From an uncultured Thermoleophilia bacterium (GTDB lineage: Bacteria; Actinomycetota; Thermoleophilia; UBA2241), in the NCBI GenBank assembly GCA_963702475.1, contig CAVPCT010000002.1, positions 256,001-320,000 on the forward strand: a DNA stretch of 64,000 bases. Reading direction: 5' to 3'. Each line of letters opens with the position of its first letter. Positions within the stretch are counted from its first letter, which is position 1. Position numbers and translations under genes: made by a program. Below are positions 19,153 to 30,005 of this stretch, piece after piece. The notes beneath the pieces are model-generated. The model was given only the letters and a program-made list of their open reading frames with translations. It did no database searches and had not been told where the DNA came from.

Positions 19153-19770
19153 TCAGCCCGAGCCCGCGGCCCGGCTTCTGACGATCCGTCGCGCGCCGCG
19201 AGCCGTACCCTCGCCGACGGCCATGCCGATGAGGACGCCGGCCAGCACGTCCCCCGGGTAGTGCACGCCGGTGTGAACGCGCGAGTACGCGACCACCGCG
19301 GCGAGCGCCCGCAGGGGGAAGCCCGCGCCCGGGATCCAGGCGCACACCGCCTGCGCAAAGGCGAAGCCGGACGCCGAGTGCCCCGATGGGAACGACGTGG
19401 ACGTGGGCATGTCCACGTGCCGCTCGACGAAGGCGGTCTCGTCCGTGGCGCGGTCGGGCCGCTCCCGCTTGCCGAGCTGTTTCAGTGGCTGGTTGACGAT
19501 GAGCGAGTTGAGGCCGATGGCGACGGAGCCGGTGACGGCCGCCCGCCGGCCGCGGCGCCCCCCGGCGACGAACAGCACCGCGGCGATCGCGAACCAGAGC
19601 TTCGAGTTGTTGGCCGAGCGCGTGAGGCGGCGCAGCGGCACGTCCAGCGTCGGCGTGCTCGTCTCCTCGACGGCGCGGTAGACCGCGACGTCGAGGGCGT
19701 GGAGCTCGCCGAGCACCGTGCGCCCGCCGGCACGCACGTCTTCGAGCCTGCCGTTCAGACCGCCGTTCAC
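19153..19770 (-). CDS. PAP2-family phosphatase
   Basis: KxxxxRERP, SFPSGHS, SRVHTGVHYPGDV. Confidence 0.92.
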   Translation of the reverse strand: MNGGLNGRLEDVRAGGRTVLGELHALDVAVYRAVEETSTPTLDVPLRRLTRSANNSKLWFAIAAVLFVAGGRRGRRAAVTGSVAIGLNSLIVNQPLKQLGKRERPDRATDETAFVERHVDMPTSTSFPSGHSASGFAFAQAVCAWIPGAGFPLRALAAVVAYSRVHTGVHYPGDVLAGVLIGMAVGEGTARGARRIVRSRAAGSG

Positions 19771-19792
19771 GTTGTGACCTTGATGGACGCGT

Positions 19793-21157
19793 TCACCGCG
19801 CTCCCTTCACCGGATGGCCGAGCGCTGTGCGCCACACGTCGGCGCTCAGCGTCCTCAGCGGTGTGGACAGGGCCGCCGGCGAGTAGCCGATGGCCTGGGC
19901 GTGCCGGCGGATGCGCAGCACGCCCGGACGAGACGTGAACACCAGTGGCGGCTCCATGTCCAAGGCTTCACCGTCGAGGCCGACGGCGACGGGCCCCGCG
20001 GACTCCACCGTCAGCGACGGCGTGTCCCACGCCACGTACCCCTCGAAGCGGTCCGGGCGGCCCGCGGCGAACTCCGCGATGAAGCGCGTCGCGGCGAAGC
20101 CGTCGGGCACGAGCAGGGCGAAGACGCCGAGCCGGCCCGTGTCCAGGCGGGGACGCGAGCTGAGCCCGGTGACGGTCGTCCCGTACGGGCCGTTGGACAC
20201 CTGGAGCACGTGCGCCCCGTCGTGCCTGACGCCGTCGGGGCCGGTGAAGCGCAGGTCGAACGGCCGCGAGTCCGGGCCGAGCATCTCCGGTAACGCGGCC
20301 AGTGTCGTCTCGCGTTTGGCGTCGCGGTACTCGGGCGACCGGACGATGGAGGCGTACAGGCCGAGCGAGACGTTGTTCACGAACACGCGCCCGTTCACGT
20401 CGGCCAGGTCGATGACGTGCTCGTACGCATCGCCGTAGGCGTCCAGAGCACCGACGACGTCGTTGCGGTCGAGCCCCAGGTCGAGCGCGAAGTGGTTCCG
20501 CGTGCCGGCCGGGATGACGACCATGGGCACGCCGCGCTCGGCGGCGATGCTCGCCACGAGCGCCTGGGACCCGTCGCCGCCGGCCATACCGATTACGTCG
20601 GCGCCCCTGTCGATGGCGTCCCGGGCGAGCTGCAGCAGGTCGTCCCCCGGCTGCAGGACGATGGGCTCGATACCCCGCGTCTTGCACTCGTCCACGAGGT
20701 GGAACTTCTCCGCCTTCCCGCCCCCGGACCTGAGGTTCATGATCAGCGCCCCGTGCCGGGCGGCGGGGACGGGCGCGCCGGGCGTGCGGCTGCGCTTGAG
20801 GGTGCGCCGGTCGCGGGAGAGCGCGTACCTCGCGAGGCCCGTGGCGACCAGCAGCAGGACGATGCGGATCAGGAGCGACAGGGCCATCATCTCGCCCCTG
20901 GCGATCTCGAAGACGATGATCCCGACGAAGGCGGCTGCGGCGACCGTGGCGGAGAGCCAGCGGAGGGCGCCCTTGCGCGTGAGCGCGTCCCACGCGGAGA
21001 CGCCGAGCACGAGCAGCAGGGCCGCCTGGGCGAGGAAGATGAGGGGGTCGGCGAGGATGACCAGCGCGGTGTCGACGAGGACGTAGACGCCGAGCAGTAC
21101 AGCCGCGACGGCGGCCAGGCGGCGGCGCAGGGGCGGCCGTACCGGTGTACCGTTCAC
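19793..21157 (-). CDS. Diacylglycerol/lipid kinase family protein with N-terminal TM domain
   Basis: NLRSGGG, AGGDGS, PAGTRNHFA, FVNNVSLG. Confidence 0.9.
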   Translation of the reverse strand: MNGTPVRPPLRRRLAAVAAVLLGVYVLVDTALVILADPLIFLAQAALLLVLGVSAWDALTRKGALRWLSATVAAAAFVGIIVFEIARGEMMALSLLIRIVLLLVATGLARYALSRDRRTLKRSRTPGAPVPAARHGALIMNLRSGGGKAEKFHLVDECKTRGIEPIVLQPGDDLLQLARDAIDRGADVIGMAGGDGSQALVASIAAERGVPMVVIPAGTRNHFALDLGLDRNDVVGALDAYGDAYEHVIDLADVNGRVFVNNVSLGLYASIVRSPEYRDAKRETTLAALPEMLGPDSRPFDLRFTGPDGVRHDGAHVLQVSNGPYGTTVTGLSSRPRLDTGRLGVFALLVPDGFAATRFIAEFAAGRPDRFEGYVAWDTPSLTVESAGPVAVGLDGEALDMEPPLVFTSRPGVLRIRRHAQAIGYSPAALSTPLRTLSADVWRTALGHPVKGAR

Positions 21158-21332
21158 TCGGGCGTCCTCCGTCTCGCGGTCATGCCTGTCATGGCCCCCT
21201 CCATGGTCGTCGGCGGATTCTCGCACACCGCGCGGAGCCGGGCACGTGGCTCGCAGGCCCGGGTGCCTGCTTCGTGCGCCCCGGGCGGCGCCGGTTTCGA
21301 CTGGCGGCCCGCGAGGGGTATGCTGCCGTCTC

Positions 21333-21902
21333 GTGAGACCGACTGCCGCACAGATGGCCGCGTCGCTGGGGTTGCAGCCGCACCCCGAGGGCGGCTACTA
21401 CCTCGAGACCTACCGCGCGACGGCGACGCTCAGCACACCGCGCGGTGAACGTCCGGCGTCCACGGCCATCATCTTCCTCGTCACGGCGGAGTCCGTCAGC
21501 AGGCTGCACCGGCTGGGCAGCGACGAGCTCTGGATCTACCAGGGCGGGCTTCCGCTCGAGCTGGTCACGCTCTCGCCCGAGGGCGTGCTGGAGACGCGCG
21601 TGCTCGGCGACCTCGAGGAGATCGTGCGCAGCCGCGACCACGGGGCGCCGCCCACGGAGGACTTCCCCGTGGGGCTGCCGGCGGGTTCGGAGGAGTGGCT
21701 GCTGCAGGCGCTGGTGCCGGCGGGCAGCTGGCAGGGCGCCCGCATAGCGGGCGGCCCGCACCTGCCCGCCGACTACGCCTGGGCCGTCGTGAGCTGCGTC
21801 GTCACGCCGGGCTTCGACTACGCGGACTTCGAGCTCGGTGACCGCGGGACGCTTGTGGCGGCGTACCCGGATCACGCTGAGGTCATCGGCGCGCTGACCT
21901 GA
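21333..21902 (+). CDS. Cupin_5 (DUF985) protein
   Basis: LQPHPEGGYY, HRLGSDELW, SCVVTPGFDYADFE; -10 TATGCT immediately upstream. Confidence 0.9.
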   Translation: MRPTAAQMAASLGLQPHPEGGYYLETYRATATLSTPRGERPASTAIIFLVTAESVSRLHRLGSDELWIYQGGLPLELVTLSPEGVLETRVLGDLEEIVRSRDHGAPPTEDFPVGLPAGSEEWLLQALVPAGSWQGARIAGGPHLPADYAWAVVSCVVTPGFDYADFELGDRGTLVAAYPDHAEVIGALT

Positions 21903-22006
21903 GCGCGGCTGCCCGGACGCCCGGGTCCGGCCCACTCACGCCTGCCTCTTCGAGAGGGCCGGCGGCTCCCGCGTTCCGTCCGCGGGCGGTGATAGGCTCG
22001 GCGCCC

Positions 22007-25000
22007 ATGTCAGGAACCCACGGACACAGCGGACTGCTTGCGCGCGGTCGCTTCTCCGAGCTCGAAGGCGCGCTCTCCCAGCGCGTCCGCGAGCTCAAGC
22101 AGGAGGCGCCGCTGGCGCCCGTCGTCGTCATCGTCGGGTCGGCCGCCGTCAGGGTCCGCGTGGGCGATGTGCTGGTGCGGCGGCTCGGTGGCGTCGCCAA
22201 CGTGGGGGTCGTCACCTTCGGCGGCTTCGCGGCAGACCTCGTGGCGCAGCACGCCGAGTGGCCGCTGCCCACGCTGAGCGCCCTTGCGCGTGAGAGGCTC
22301 GTGCGGCGGGTGGTCGCCGCACACACGGCGCGGCTCGCGTACTACGGTCCCGTGGTCGAGCGGCCGCATTTCGCGGCTGCCCTCGCGGCCACGTTCTCAG
22401 ATCTCCGTGAGGGATGTGTCGACCCCGCGTCGGCGTGGGCGAGCGCTCTCGAGGCGTCGCCGGTACAGGCCGCACCACCGAACCGCGCGGCCCTGGCCGA
22501 CCTGGCTCTGTTGTACGCCGCGTACTGCCGCGAGCTGCGGCAGGTGGGGGTCGCGGACAGGGCTGGGGTCCTCCTGGCAGCCGCCGAGCTGCTCGAGCGC
22601 GGCGCCGGCGCCGGTTCGCACGCCATCCTGTACGGCATCTACGACCTCAACCGTGCCCAGGAGCGACTGGTCGTGGCGCTGCTGGCTTCGGGCGCGGACG
22701 CCTTCGTCCCTGCGCCCCGAGACGCGGACCTGTCCGCGGTCACGCTGCTCGCGGTCGCGACGGACGCAGGGCTGGCCGAACAGGCCTGCGAGCCCGGGCG
22801 AGCGTCCGCGGACCGTGAGCTCGTCTCCGGTGTCTGGAGCTCCCGTCAAGACGGCGATCCGGGCAGGCTGCAGCCGGCCGGTGACGGCAGCCTCGAGGTG
22901 GTATCGGTGCCCGACGAGCGCGCCGAGGCTCGCGAGGCCGTGCGCGCGGTCGTGGCCGCCGCCGAGGCGGGCACGCGCCTGTACGACTGCGCCGTCGTCG
23001 TGCCGCGGCAGGACGACGTGCCGCGCCTCGCGGCGGCATTCACGGCGGCCGGCATCCCCGTGGCCTGCCGGCTCCCCGAGTCAGGTACGGCACCCACGCT
23101 GCTGCGGCGCGTGGTCGAGTGCCTCTCGCCGGAGGCCGGAGAGCCGTTCGCGCGCCGCGCCGTCGTCGACCTCTTGCAGACGGCTCCGCTGGCCGGCGGT
23201 CCGCCGCAGCCGGGAGACGCCGCCCTCTGGCTGGACGAGGCGCGTAAGGCTGGGGTCGTCTGCGGGCTCGACCAGTGGCTCGAGCGGCTGTCCGCGCGCG
23301 CGAGCTACCTGGAACGACGTGTGCCGGAGCTCGAACTGGCTCAAGATCCTGGCGCGGACGACGACGGTGGCGAGCGGCTCGAGGTCGCGCGCGTCCGCCT
23401 GCGGGCGGTCGGCAGCCTGCACGCCGCCGTCGCGGCGCTCGCACGCGCTATGCGTCGCCTGCCGTCGGGGCGTGCGCCGTGGGCGGCCTGGGCGGACGCG
23501 TTCGCGCTTCTCGTCGCGGACGTGTTCGCGCCCGAGATCGCGGAGCCCGTTGCCGACGTCACCGGCCGGCTGCACGCGTTTGCCTTGCTCCCTGAAGAAG
23601 TTGAGCTGGCCGACGCGGCCGCAGGCCTGCGCGACGTGCTCGCCGCGGCCACCGTCCAGTGCAACCGGGTCGGGCGTGTCGGCGTGGCTCTGCTCGCGCC
23701 GCTCGACCTGCGCGGGCTGAGCTTCTCCACGGTGGTCTTCACGGGGCTCGCCGAAGGCGGCTTCCCCGTGCGTGGGCGGCCCGATCCCCTGCTCGGCGAC
23801 GGACTGCGGCGCGGCCTCAACGAGCTGGCCGGCGTGCGGCTCCCGCTCGCCGAGCAACGCGATGCCGAGTCGGCGCTCCTCTTCGGTTTCGTGTGCGAGT
23901 CGGCGCGTGACCGCCTGCTGTTGCTCGCGCCCCGTACCGACGCGGCGACCGGGCGTCCGCGCCTGCCGTCGCGATTCGCCTTGCGGCTGGCCTCTCTCGC
24001 GGCCGGCCGCCCCGTCGGCCAGGAGGAGTACCTCAGCGGCCGGCCGCTGGCGCCCGTGTGGCGCCACGTCGGTGGCGCCCCCGCCTTCGCCGACGGTGTC
24101 GTCTGGGTCGACGGGCGCGAGCGCGACGTCGCCGCTTTGCTCGCGCTTTCGGGCACCGGCGCCCGGCGGTCTGCGACCGCGTACTTCGAGGCGGTGCTCG
24201 GCTCCTCGGCCGCCGCCGCCCGCCGCCTCTCCGCGTGGCGCGCGTCTCAGGGCGGCCGGGCGGGGTCCTGGGACGGCCTGCTCTCCGCCGAGGCGCGCGC
24301 GGCGCTCGCCGCGCGCCACCCCTTCTCCGGTGAGCTCCACCCCACGAGTCTCGAGCGCTACGTCACCTGTCCATGGGTGTTCCTGCTGCGCTCGGTCTTC
24401 GGGCTCGAGGCGCCTCAGGAGCCCGGCGACTCGCTCGACATCGACGCCATGGAGTACGGCTCCCTCGCTCACGCCATACTCGAGGATGCCTACGCGGGTG
24501 TCGTCGCGGAAGACCTCGATCTCAGGGGGGCGCTCGCGGCAGTGGACGAGGCGTGGGAGGTGCGCTGTGCCGAGGCCGAGCGCAGCGGCGTCACCGGCGC
24601 TGCCCTTGCGTGGGAGGTACGTCGCGACCTGCTGCGCGAGGATCTCCGCGAGACTGTGCGGCGGGATCCGGTGTTCGCAGCCGGCGAGGGCCGAACGCGG
24701 GGCGTCGAGTGGCGGTTCGGCGACCGGCACGGTCTGCCGGTCGTCCTGTCCTTGGACGACGGCCGGCAGATCCGTTTCGGCGGGCGTCTCGACCGCGTCG
24801 ACCAGACGCCGGCCGGCGCCCGCGTCGTGGACTACAAGACGGGCGCCGGATCCATCGAAAAGGGCCGCCTCAAGGATCGGCTCAGCGTGCAACTTCCCGT
24901 CTACCAGCTTGCGGTGCGGCAGGCGTGGGCCGCCTTGGCGCCCGACGAGGACGAGCCGGCGGCCGTCACGTCGCTTTACCGGCTCGTCTCGCGCAAGGGA

Positions 25001-25255
25001 GGGTTCCAGGACCTCGTGCTGCCGCAGGCCGAGCCCTCCGCCCAAGCGCGTCTTCGTGAGCTCGTGGCCCAGGCCGCGGCTCTCGTCGACCGGGGGTGCT
25101 TCCCGCGCACCACGCGCGGTCGCTGCGAGTACTGCGACGTGGGGTATGCCTGTGGCGTGTCTGAGTGGGCGCGGGCCCGCAAGCGGGAGAGCGAGGCGAT
25201 GGCGCCGGTCGTGAGCCTGCAGGGTCCGGCTCCGAAGGGTGGCGGCGATGCCTGA
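22007..25255 (+). CDS. addB: AddB/RexB-like subunit: inactive helicase plus PD-(D/E)XK nuclease with Fe-S cysteines
   Basis: PTSLERYVTCP, GRLDRVD, VVDYKTG, QLPVY, CEYCDVGYAC. Confidence 0.85.
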   Translation: MSGTHGHSGLLARGRFSELEGALSQRVRELKQEAPLAPVVVIVGSAAVRVRVGDVLVRRLGGVANVGVVTFGGFAADLVAQHAEWPLPTLSALARERLVRRVVAAHTARLAYYGPVVERPHFAAALAATFSDLREGCVDPASAWASALEASPVQAAPPNRAALADLALLYAAYCRELRQVGVADRAGVLLAAAELLERGAGAGSHAILYGIYDLNRAQERLVVALLASGADAFVPAPRDADLSAVTLLAVATDAGLAEQACEPGRASADRELVSGVWSSRQDGDPGRLQPAGDGSLEVVSVPDERAEAREAVRAVVAAAEAGTRLYDCAVVVPRQDDVPRLAAAFTAAGIPVACRLPESGTAPTLLRRVVECLSPEAGEPFARRAVVDLLQTAPLAGGPPQPGDAALWLDEARKAGVVCGLDQWLERLSARASYLERRVPELELAQDPGADDDGGERLEVARVRLRAVGSLHAAVAALARAMRRLPSGRAPWAAWADAFALLVADVFAPEIAEPVADVTGRLHAFALLPEEVELADAAAGLRDVLAAATVQCNRVGRVGVALLAPLDLRGLSFSTVVFTGLAEGGFPVRGRPDPLLGDGLRRGLNELAGVRLPLAEQRDAESALLFGFVCESARDRLLLLAPRTDAATGRPRLPSRFALRLASLAAGRPVGQEEYLSGRPLAPVWRHVGGAPAFADGVVWVDGRERDVAALLALSGTGARRSATAYFEAVLGSSAAAARRLSAWRASQGGRAGSWDGLLSAEARAALAARHPFSGELHPTSLERYVTCPWVFLLRSVFGLEAPQEPGDSLDIDAMEYGSLAHAILEDAYAGVVAEDLDLRGALAAVDEAWEVRCAEAERSGVTGAALAWEVRRDLLREDLRETVRRDPVFAAGEGRTRGVEWRFGDRHGLPVVLSLDDGRQIRFGGRLDRVDQTPAGARVVDYKTGAGSIEKGRLKDRLSVQLPVYQLAVRQAWAALAPDEDEPAAVTSLYRLVSRKGGFQDLVLPQAEPSAQARLRELVAQAAALVDRGCFPRTTRGRCEYCDVGYACGVSEWARARKRESEAMAPVVSLQGPAPKGGGDA

Positions 25256-28200
25256 GCGCAGCGTCTGCGACGCCGACGTCCGTCTGCGGGTCACGAGCGA
25301 GCTCGCGACCACCTTCCTGCTCGAGGCCGGCGCTGGCACGGGCAAGACGAAGGTGCTGGTGGACCGCTACGTCGCGTGCGTCCTGGACGAGGCGCGCGGC
25401 GCCGGCGACGTGCGTGCCGTGGCCGCCATCACGTTCACCGAGAAGGCCGCGGGCGAGCTGCGGCAGCGCATCCGCGAAGAGCTCGAGCGGCTTGCCGCGG
25501 CCGAGGCTGCTGGCTCCCCATCCGCACAACGCGTCCAGGCCGCGCTCGACGCGCTCGACGACGCGCCTATCGGTACCATCCACGGATTCGCCGGCCGTCT
25601 GTTGCGTGAGTTCCCCGTGGAGGCGCGTGTCGACCCGGCGTTCGAGCAGCTCGACGAGCTCGGGTCAGACCTCGAGCGTGCTCGGCTGTGGGGCGAGTGG
25701 CTCACCGGGCTCGCCGCCGCCGGCGACGGGCACCAGACCGTCCGGCGCCAGCTGCAACGACTTCTCCGCGCCGGCGTCACGCTCGACGATGTGCGCAAGC
25801 TTGCCGTCGGCAAGAGCGGTGTGTTCGGTGAGCGGTACGACATCGAGGCAGTCACCGGCGTCGCGGACGAGCCCGACCTCGCGAGTCACCTCGAGAGGCT
25901 CGCGCGGGCGGTCGACGACCTGTGCGCCTTCTGCAGCGTCGCCTGCGGCGACCAGGAGGACGGCGCCTTCAAGGGCGCCATGGGCCTCGCGGGCGCGTGC
26001 CGCGAGGTGCTCGGCGGTGCGCCTGTCGAGGTCGACCAGCTGGTGGCATCGTTGTCCCGCATCACCGTCCGCGAGAAGCAGGGTGGCCTCGGCGGCCGCC
26101 AGGGCAACTGGTCCGCGACGCACGGCGGCAAAGACGTCTTGTGGGAGCGCTACCGGGCGGCGGCCGGCGTGGTCACCGCGATCGTCGACGCCTACGCCGA
26201 GTATCTCACCGGCCTCGCCGTGGCCGTCGCCGACTCCTTCTCCCGCTGGGCCGGAGCCACCCAGCTCGGCCTGGGCCGCCTCGATTTCACCGATCTGCTC
26301 GGGTGCCTGCGTGATCTGCTCCTGCACGATCGCGAGGCACGCCGCACGCTGCAGCGGCGCTTCAGCTACGTGCTCGTGGACGAGTTCCAGGACACCGACC
26401 CGCTGCAGGCGGAGATCGTGTTCTTCCTCTGCGAGCGTGAGCCGCTGGCCGGCGACTGGCGAGAGGTGGTGCTCGAGCCGGGCAAGTTGTTCGTGGTGGG
26501 CGACCCGAAGCAGTCCATCTACCGCTTTCGCCGCGCCGACATCGCCATGTACGACGAGGTCAAGCAGCTCGTCGCTGCTCAGCCGGGCGGGTCCGGGGAG
26601 GTCAGGGCCATCAGCCAGAACTTCCGCACCACGCCGGCGGTGCTCGGGTGGGTCAACAACGTGTTCGCCGACCTGTTCGACGGCGAGCAGGAGACCGGCC
26701 GCCAGCCCGGCTACCAGTGGGTCGAGCCGTACCGGCTCTCCGTCGAGGAATCGCGCGTGGCGGTGCTCCTCGGGCCTCCGTACGACGGGTCGGCCGGCTC
26801 CGCCGACGCGCAGCGGCGCGACGAGGCGCGCGCGGTGGCCGGCCTGCTGGCGCGCGTCCACGGCTACGATGCGCATGCATGGGCAGTCCGCGAGCGTGAG
26901 GCCGGCGGCGACGGTGAGGTCCCTCGCGCGCCGCAGTGGGGCGATATCGCCGTGCTGTACCGCACCACCACGGGACTCGAGACGCTGGAAGACGCGCTGC
27001 GCGAGGCAGGGGTGCCGTACAGGGTCGACGGCGGCACGACGTACTTCGCGCGCCGCGAGATCGACGACACGCTGCTCTGCCTGCGCGCCGTCGACGACCC
27101 CAGCGACGGGCCCGCAGTGTACGGCGCTCTCCACTCCACGCTCTTCGGCTTCACCGACGACGACCTGTTCCTGTTCTGGGCGGCCGGCGGGCGCTTCGAC
27201 CTGTTCGGGGAGCAGCAGCCGGAGGCCTGGCCGGCCGTCGCCGCCGCGCTCCGCAACCTGCGCGAGTTGCACGCATCGCGGGCACACCTGGAGCCACACG
27301 AGCTCGTCGACGACCTGGTGAGACGTACTCGAGCCGCCGACCTGCTCGCGGCTACGGGCTCCGGTGGGGCTCAGTCGATCGCCAACCTCGACAAGCTCGT
27401 CGAGCGGGCGCGCGCCTTCTCGGGGGCGAGCGGCGGCAGCCTCGCGGCCTTCCTCGCGTGGGCGGCTGAGGCCGGGGAGGCCGCCGGTGAACAGGAGTCG
27501 CAGGTCGACGACGCAGGCGACGTCGTCCATCTGCTCACCATCCACAAGGCCAAGGGTCTCGAGTACCCCATCGTCGTCGTGTACGGCGGGGGACGCGGGG
27601 GGCGCGGCGGCGGTGGCGGCGGGGAGCCGATCGTGGACCGCGGCTCGCGGCACATGTCCATCCGGCTGCGCGTCGCGCTGCCGGGATCGGCGCAGCAGAC
27701 CCTCGAACCCGGCGCGTACACGCGCCTCAACGAGCGTGAGAAGCGCATGGGGGAGAGCGAGCTGAGACGCCTGCTCTACGTGGCCGCGACGCGAGCGCGC
27801 GACCACCTGGTGGTCAGCTGTTTCGGCACTCCGCTCACGAAGGACGGCGAGCCGGTCGCGGGAGCGCTGCTCGGGCCCATCGCCGGGTCGCTGCCCGCGC
27901 CGGCCGTGCTCGACGCCGACGTCGAGGACGACGGGTTGCTGGTGCTGGCCCCGAGCGCCGCGCTGCCGGGGGCGGAGGGGGAGGCGACCGTCGACACGCA
28001 GCGGCTGCTCGAGGATCGGGAGGCGTGGAACGTGCGACGAAACGAGGTCATGGCCACCGCCTCGGCGCCGGCGCCGGCGACCAGTCCGAGCAGCCTGGAA
28101 CACGTTGACGAGGAGGCGCGTGTGGGCGGGCCGGGCGCTCCTCCCGGCAGAGCCCGTGCGCTGGCGCTCGGCACGGCCGTGCACCGCATCATGGAGTTGT

Positions 28201-28721
28201 GCGACCTGGGCGACGAGGCCGGGTTACCGGCTCTCGCGGCAGCCGTCGCCGGCGAGCTCGGGCGGCCCGACCTCGAGGCCGACGCGGCAACGCTGGCCGG
28301 GCACTGCTGGAGGGCCGAGCCGGTGCGGCAAGCAGCCGCCGCGCTGGCGGCGGACCCGCAGGCCGTCCACCGCGAGGTCCAGGTGGGCGCCCTCGTTGGC
28401 GATGTCGCCGTGACCGGCGCCATCGACCTCCTGTACCGCCGCGGGGCCGAGTGGGTCGTCGTCGACTACAAGACAGACAGAGGTGCCGGACCGCAGGAGC
28501 TCCTGGAGCGCTACCGCCCGCAGGGCGCTGCGTACACCGTGGCCGCAGAGGCGGTGCTGGGCCGGGGCGCGGTACGCGAAGTGGTGTTCGTCGCGGCTCG
28601 TGCGGGCGGTCTCGCCGTCCGCGTCCCCGTGGACGACGGGCTGCGCGCGCTGGCCGCGGCCGAAGTACGGGCCGCGTTGTCCGGCGGGGGCGCCGTCGTC
28701 CACGACGACCGTTTCGCGTGA
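25248..28721 (+). CDS. addA: AddA-like UvrD helicase-nuclease
   Basis: AGAGTGKT, DEFQDT, VGDPKQSIYRFR, TIHKAKGLE, YVAATRA, VVDYKTD. Confidence 0.9.
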   Translation: MPERSVCDADVRLRVTSELATTFLLEAGAGTGKTKVLVDRYVACVLDEARGAGDVRAVAAITFTEKAAGELRQRIREELERLAAAEAAGSPSAQRVQAALDALDDAPIGTIHGFAGRLLREFPVEARVDPAFEQLDELGSDLERARLWGEWLTGLAAAGDGHQTVRRQLQRLLRAGVTLDDVRKLAVGKSGVFGERYDIEAVTGVADEPDLASHLERLARAVDDLCAFCSVACGDQEDGAFKGAMGLAGACREVLGGAPVEVDQLVASLSRITVREKQGGLGGRQGNWSATHGGKDVLWERYRAAAGVVTAIVDAYAEYLTGLAVAVADSFSRWAGATQLGLGRLDFTDLLGCLRDLLLHDREARRTLQRRFSYVLVDEFQDTDPLQAEIVFFLCEREPLAGDWREVVLEPGKLFVVGDPKQSIYRFRRADIAMYDEVKQLVAAQPGGSGEVRAISQNFRTTPAVLGWVNNVFADLFDGEQETGRQPGYQWVEPYRLSVEESRVAVLLGPPYDGSAGSADAQRRDEARAVAGLLARVHGYDAHAWAVREREAGGDGEVPRAPQWGDIAVLYRTTTGLETLEDALREAGVPYRVDGGTTYFARREIDDTLLCLRAVDDPSDGPAVYGALHSTLFGFTDDDLFLFWAAGGRFDLFGEQQPEAWPAVAAALRNLRELHASRAHLEPHELVDDLVRRTRAADLLAATGSGGAQSIANLDKLVERARAFSGASGGSLAAFLAWAAEAGEAAGEQESQVDDAGDVVHLLTIHKAKGLEYPIVVVYGGGRGGRGGGGGGEPIVDRGSRHMSIRLRVALPGSAQQTLEPGAYTRLNEREKRMGESELRRLLYVAATRARDHLVVSCFGTPLTKDGEPVAGALLGPIAGSLPAPAVLDADVEDDGLLVLAPSAALPGAEGEATVDTQRLLEDREAWNVRRNEVMATASAPAPATSPSSLEHVDEEARVGGPGAPPGRARALALGTAVHRIMELCDLGDEAGLPALAAAVAGELGRPDLEADAATLAGHCWRAEPVRQAAAALAADPQAVHREVQVGALVGDVAVTGAIDLLYRRGAEWVVVDYKTDRGAGPQELLERYRPQGAAYTVAAEAVLGRGAVREVVFVAARAGGLAVRVPVDDGLRALAAAEVRAALSGGGAVVHDDRFA

Positions 28722-28788
28722 CGTCTCGCTCGGGTTAGGGACGGCATGTGGTGGAACACTCCGCCCCAGACGACCCGAGGAGCACACC

Positions 28789-29265
28789 ATGGCCACCATC
28801 CAGAAGATCACCCCCATGCTCTGGTTCGACGGAAGGGCCGAGGAGGCCGCGCGGCAGTACGTCTCCATCTTCCCGGACTCGTCGCTGGGCGCTGTCAGCA
28901 GGCAGCCCGACGGCACGCCGCTCGTCGTCGAGTTCACACTGGCCGGCCAGCGCTTCACGGCGCTCAACGGCGGTCCGGAGTACACGTTCACGCCGGCGGT
29001 CTCCTTCGTCGTCGGCTGCGATACGCAGGACGAGGTGGACCACTACTGGGACAAGCTCTCGGAGGGAGGCGCCCCCGAGGCCCGGCAGTGCGGCTGGCTC
29101 GCCGACCGGTTCGGCGTCTCGTGGCAGGTCGTGCCGCGGCGGCTCGGTGAGTACCTGAGCGACCCCGACCCCGAGAAGGCGGGGAGGACCATGCAGGCCA
29201 TGCTCAAGATGAAGAAGCTGGACATCGAGGCCCTGCGTCGCGCCCACGACGGGGAGGAGGCCTGA
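28789..29265 (+). CDS. VOC family protein (PhnB-like)
   Basis: QKITPMLWFD, LNGGP, CGWLADRFGVSWQ. Confidence 0.92.
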   Translation: MATIQKITPMLWFDGRAEEAARQYVSIFPDSSLGAVSRQPDGTPLVVEFTLAGQRFTALNGGPEYTFTPAVSFVVGCDTQDEVDHYWDKLSEGGAPEARQCGWLADRFGVSWQVVPRRLGEYLSDPDPEKAGRTMQAMLKMKKLDIEALRRAHDGEEA

Positions 29266-29270
29266 CCACG

Positions 29271-29975
29271 GTGGCGAGCGCCCGGCAGAGCCCCGACCCT
29301 CCCGGCCTCCCCCCGGATCCTGCGTCAGTCGCCGGCGGTGCGCGCGAGCTCCCCGCCGGCGACTTCTCCGCCTGGCTCGCGCGCATGCGCGATGCCCTGC
29401 GCACGGGCGCCGACATGGACGTGCCGTGCGGCGACTGCCGCGCCTGTTGCACGACGGCGCACTTCGTGCACGTCGGCCCCGACGAGCGCGACGTGCTGAC
29501 CCTCGTGCCGCGTGAGCTGCGGTTCCCGGCGCCCGGCCTGCCGTCCGGCCACGTCGTGCTGCCCTACGACGAGCGCGGGCGTTGCCCGATGCTGGAGCAG
29601 GACGGGACCTGCGGCATCTACGAGCACCGTCCGCGCACCTGCCGCGTGTACGATTGCCGGGTGTTCGCGGCGGCCGGGGTGGACGCCGACCGCGAGGCGA
29701 TCACGGCGCAGAGCCGCCGCTGGAGGTTCACGTCTCCGACGTCGGAGGACGGGGAGGAGCGCGAGGCCGTGCGTGCGGCGGCGCGCTTTCTGCACGACCA
29801 CGCCGCCGCCTTCCCGCCCGGCGTCGTCCCGGACGCACCGCGCCTCGCCGTGCTCGCGGTGGCGGTGTGTCACCTCTTTCTCGACCGGGGCCTGCTGAGC
29901 CGAAGCGAGGCCCGGCCGCTCGATGCCGAGTTGATCGGGGCCATCGCGCGAGTGCACCGCGGCCTGATGCCCTGA
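29271..29975 (+). CDS. YkgJ-family cysteine-cluster protein
   Basis: CGDCRACC...CPML...CGIYEHRPRTCRVYDCR. Confidence 0.88.
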   Translation: MASARQSPDPPGLPPDPASVAGGARELPAGDFSAWLARMRDALRTGADMDVPCGDCRACCTTAHFVHVGPDERDVLTLVPRELRFPAPGLPSGHVVLPYDERGRCPMLEQDGTCGIYEHRPRTCRVYDCRVFAAAGVDADREAITAQSRRWRFTSPTSEDGEEREAVRAAARFLHDHAAAFPPGVVPDAPRLAVLAVAVCHLFLDRGLLSRSEARPLDAELIGAIARVHRGLMP

Positions 29976-30005
29976 TCGAGGCCGAGCACGCGGTATGCTG
30001 GCCGC

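Noticed and set aside
22007-28721. Helicase-nuclease pair as a novel defence system
   Set aside because: Architecture matches housekeeping AddAB/AdnAB-type recombination enzymes.
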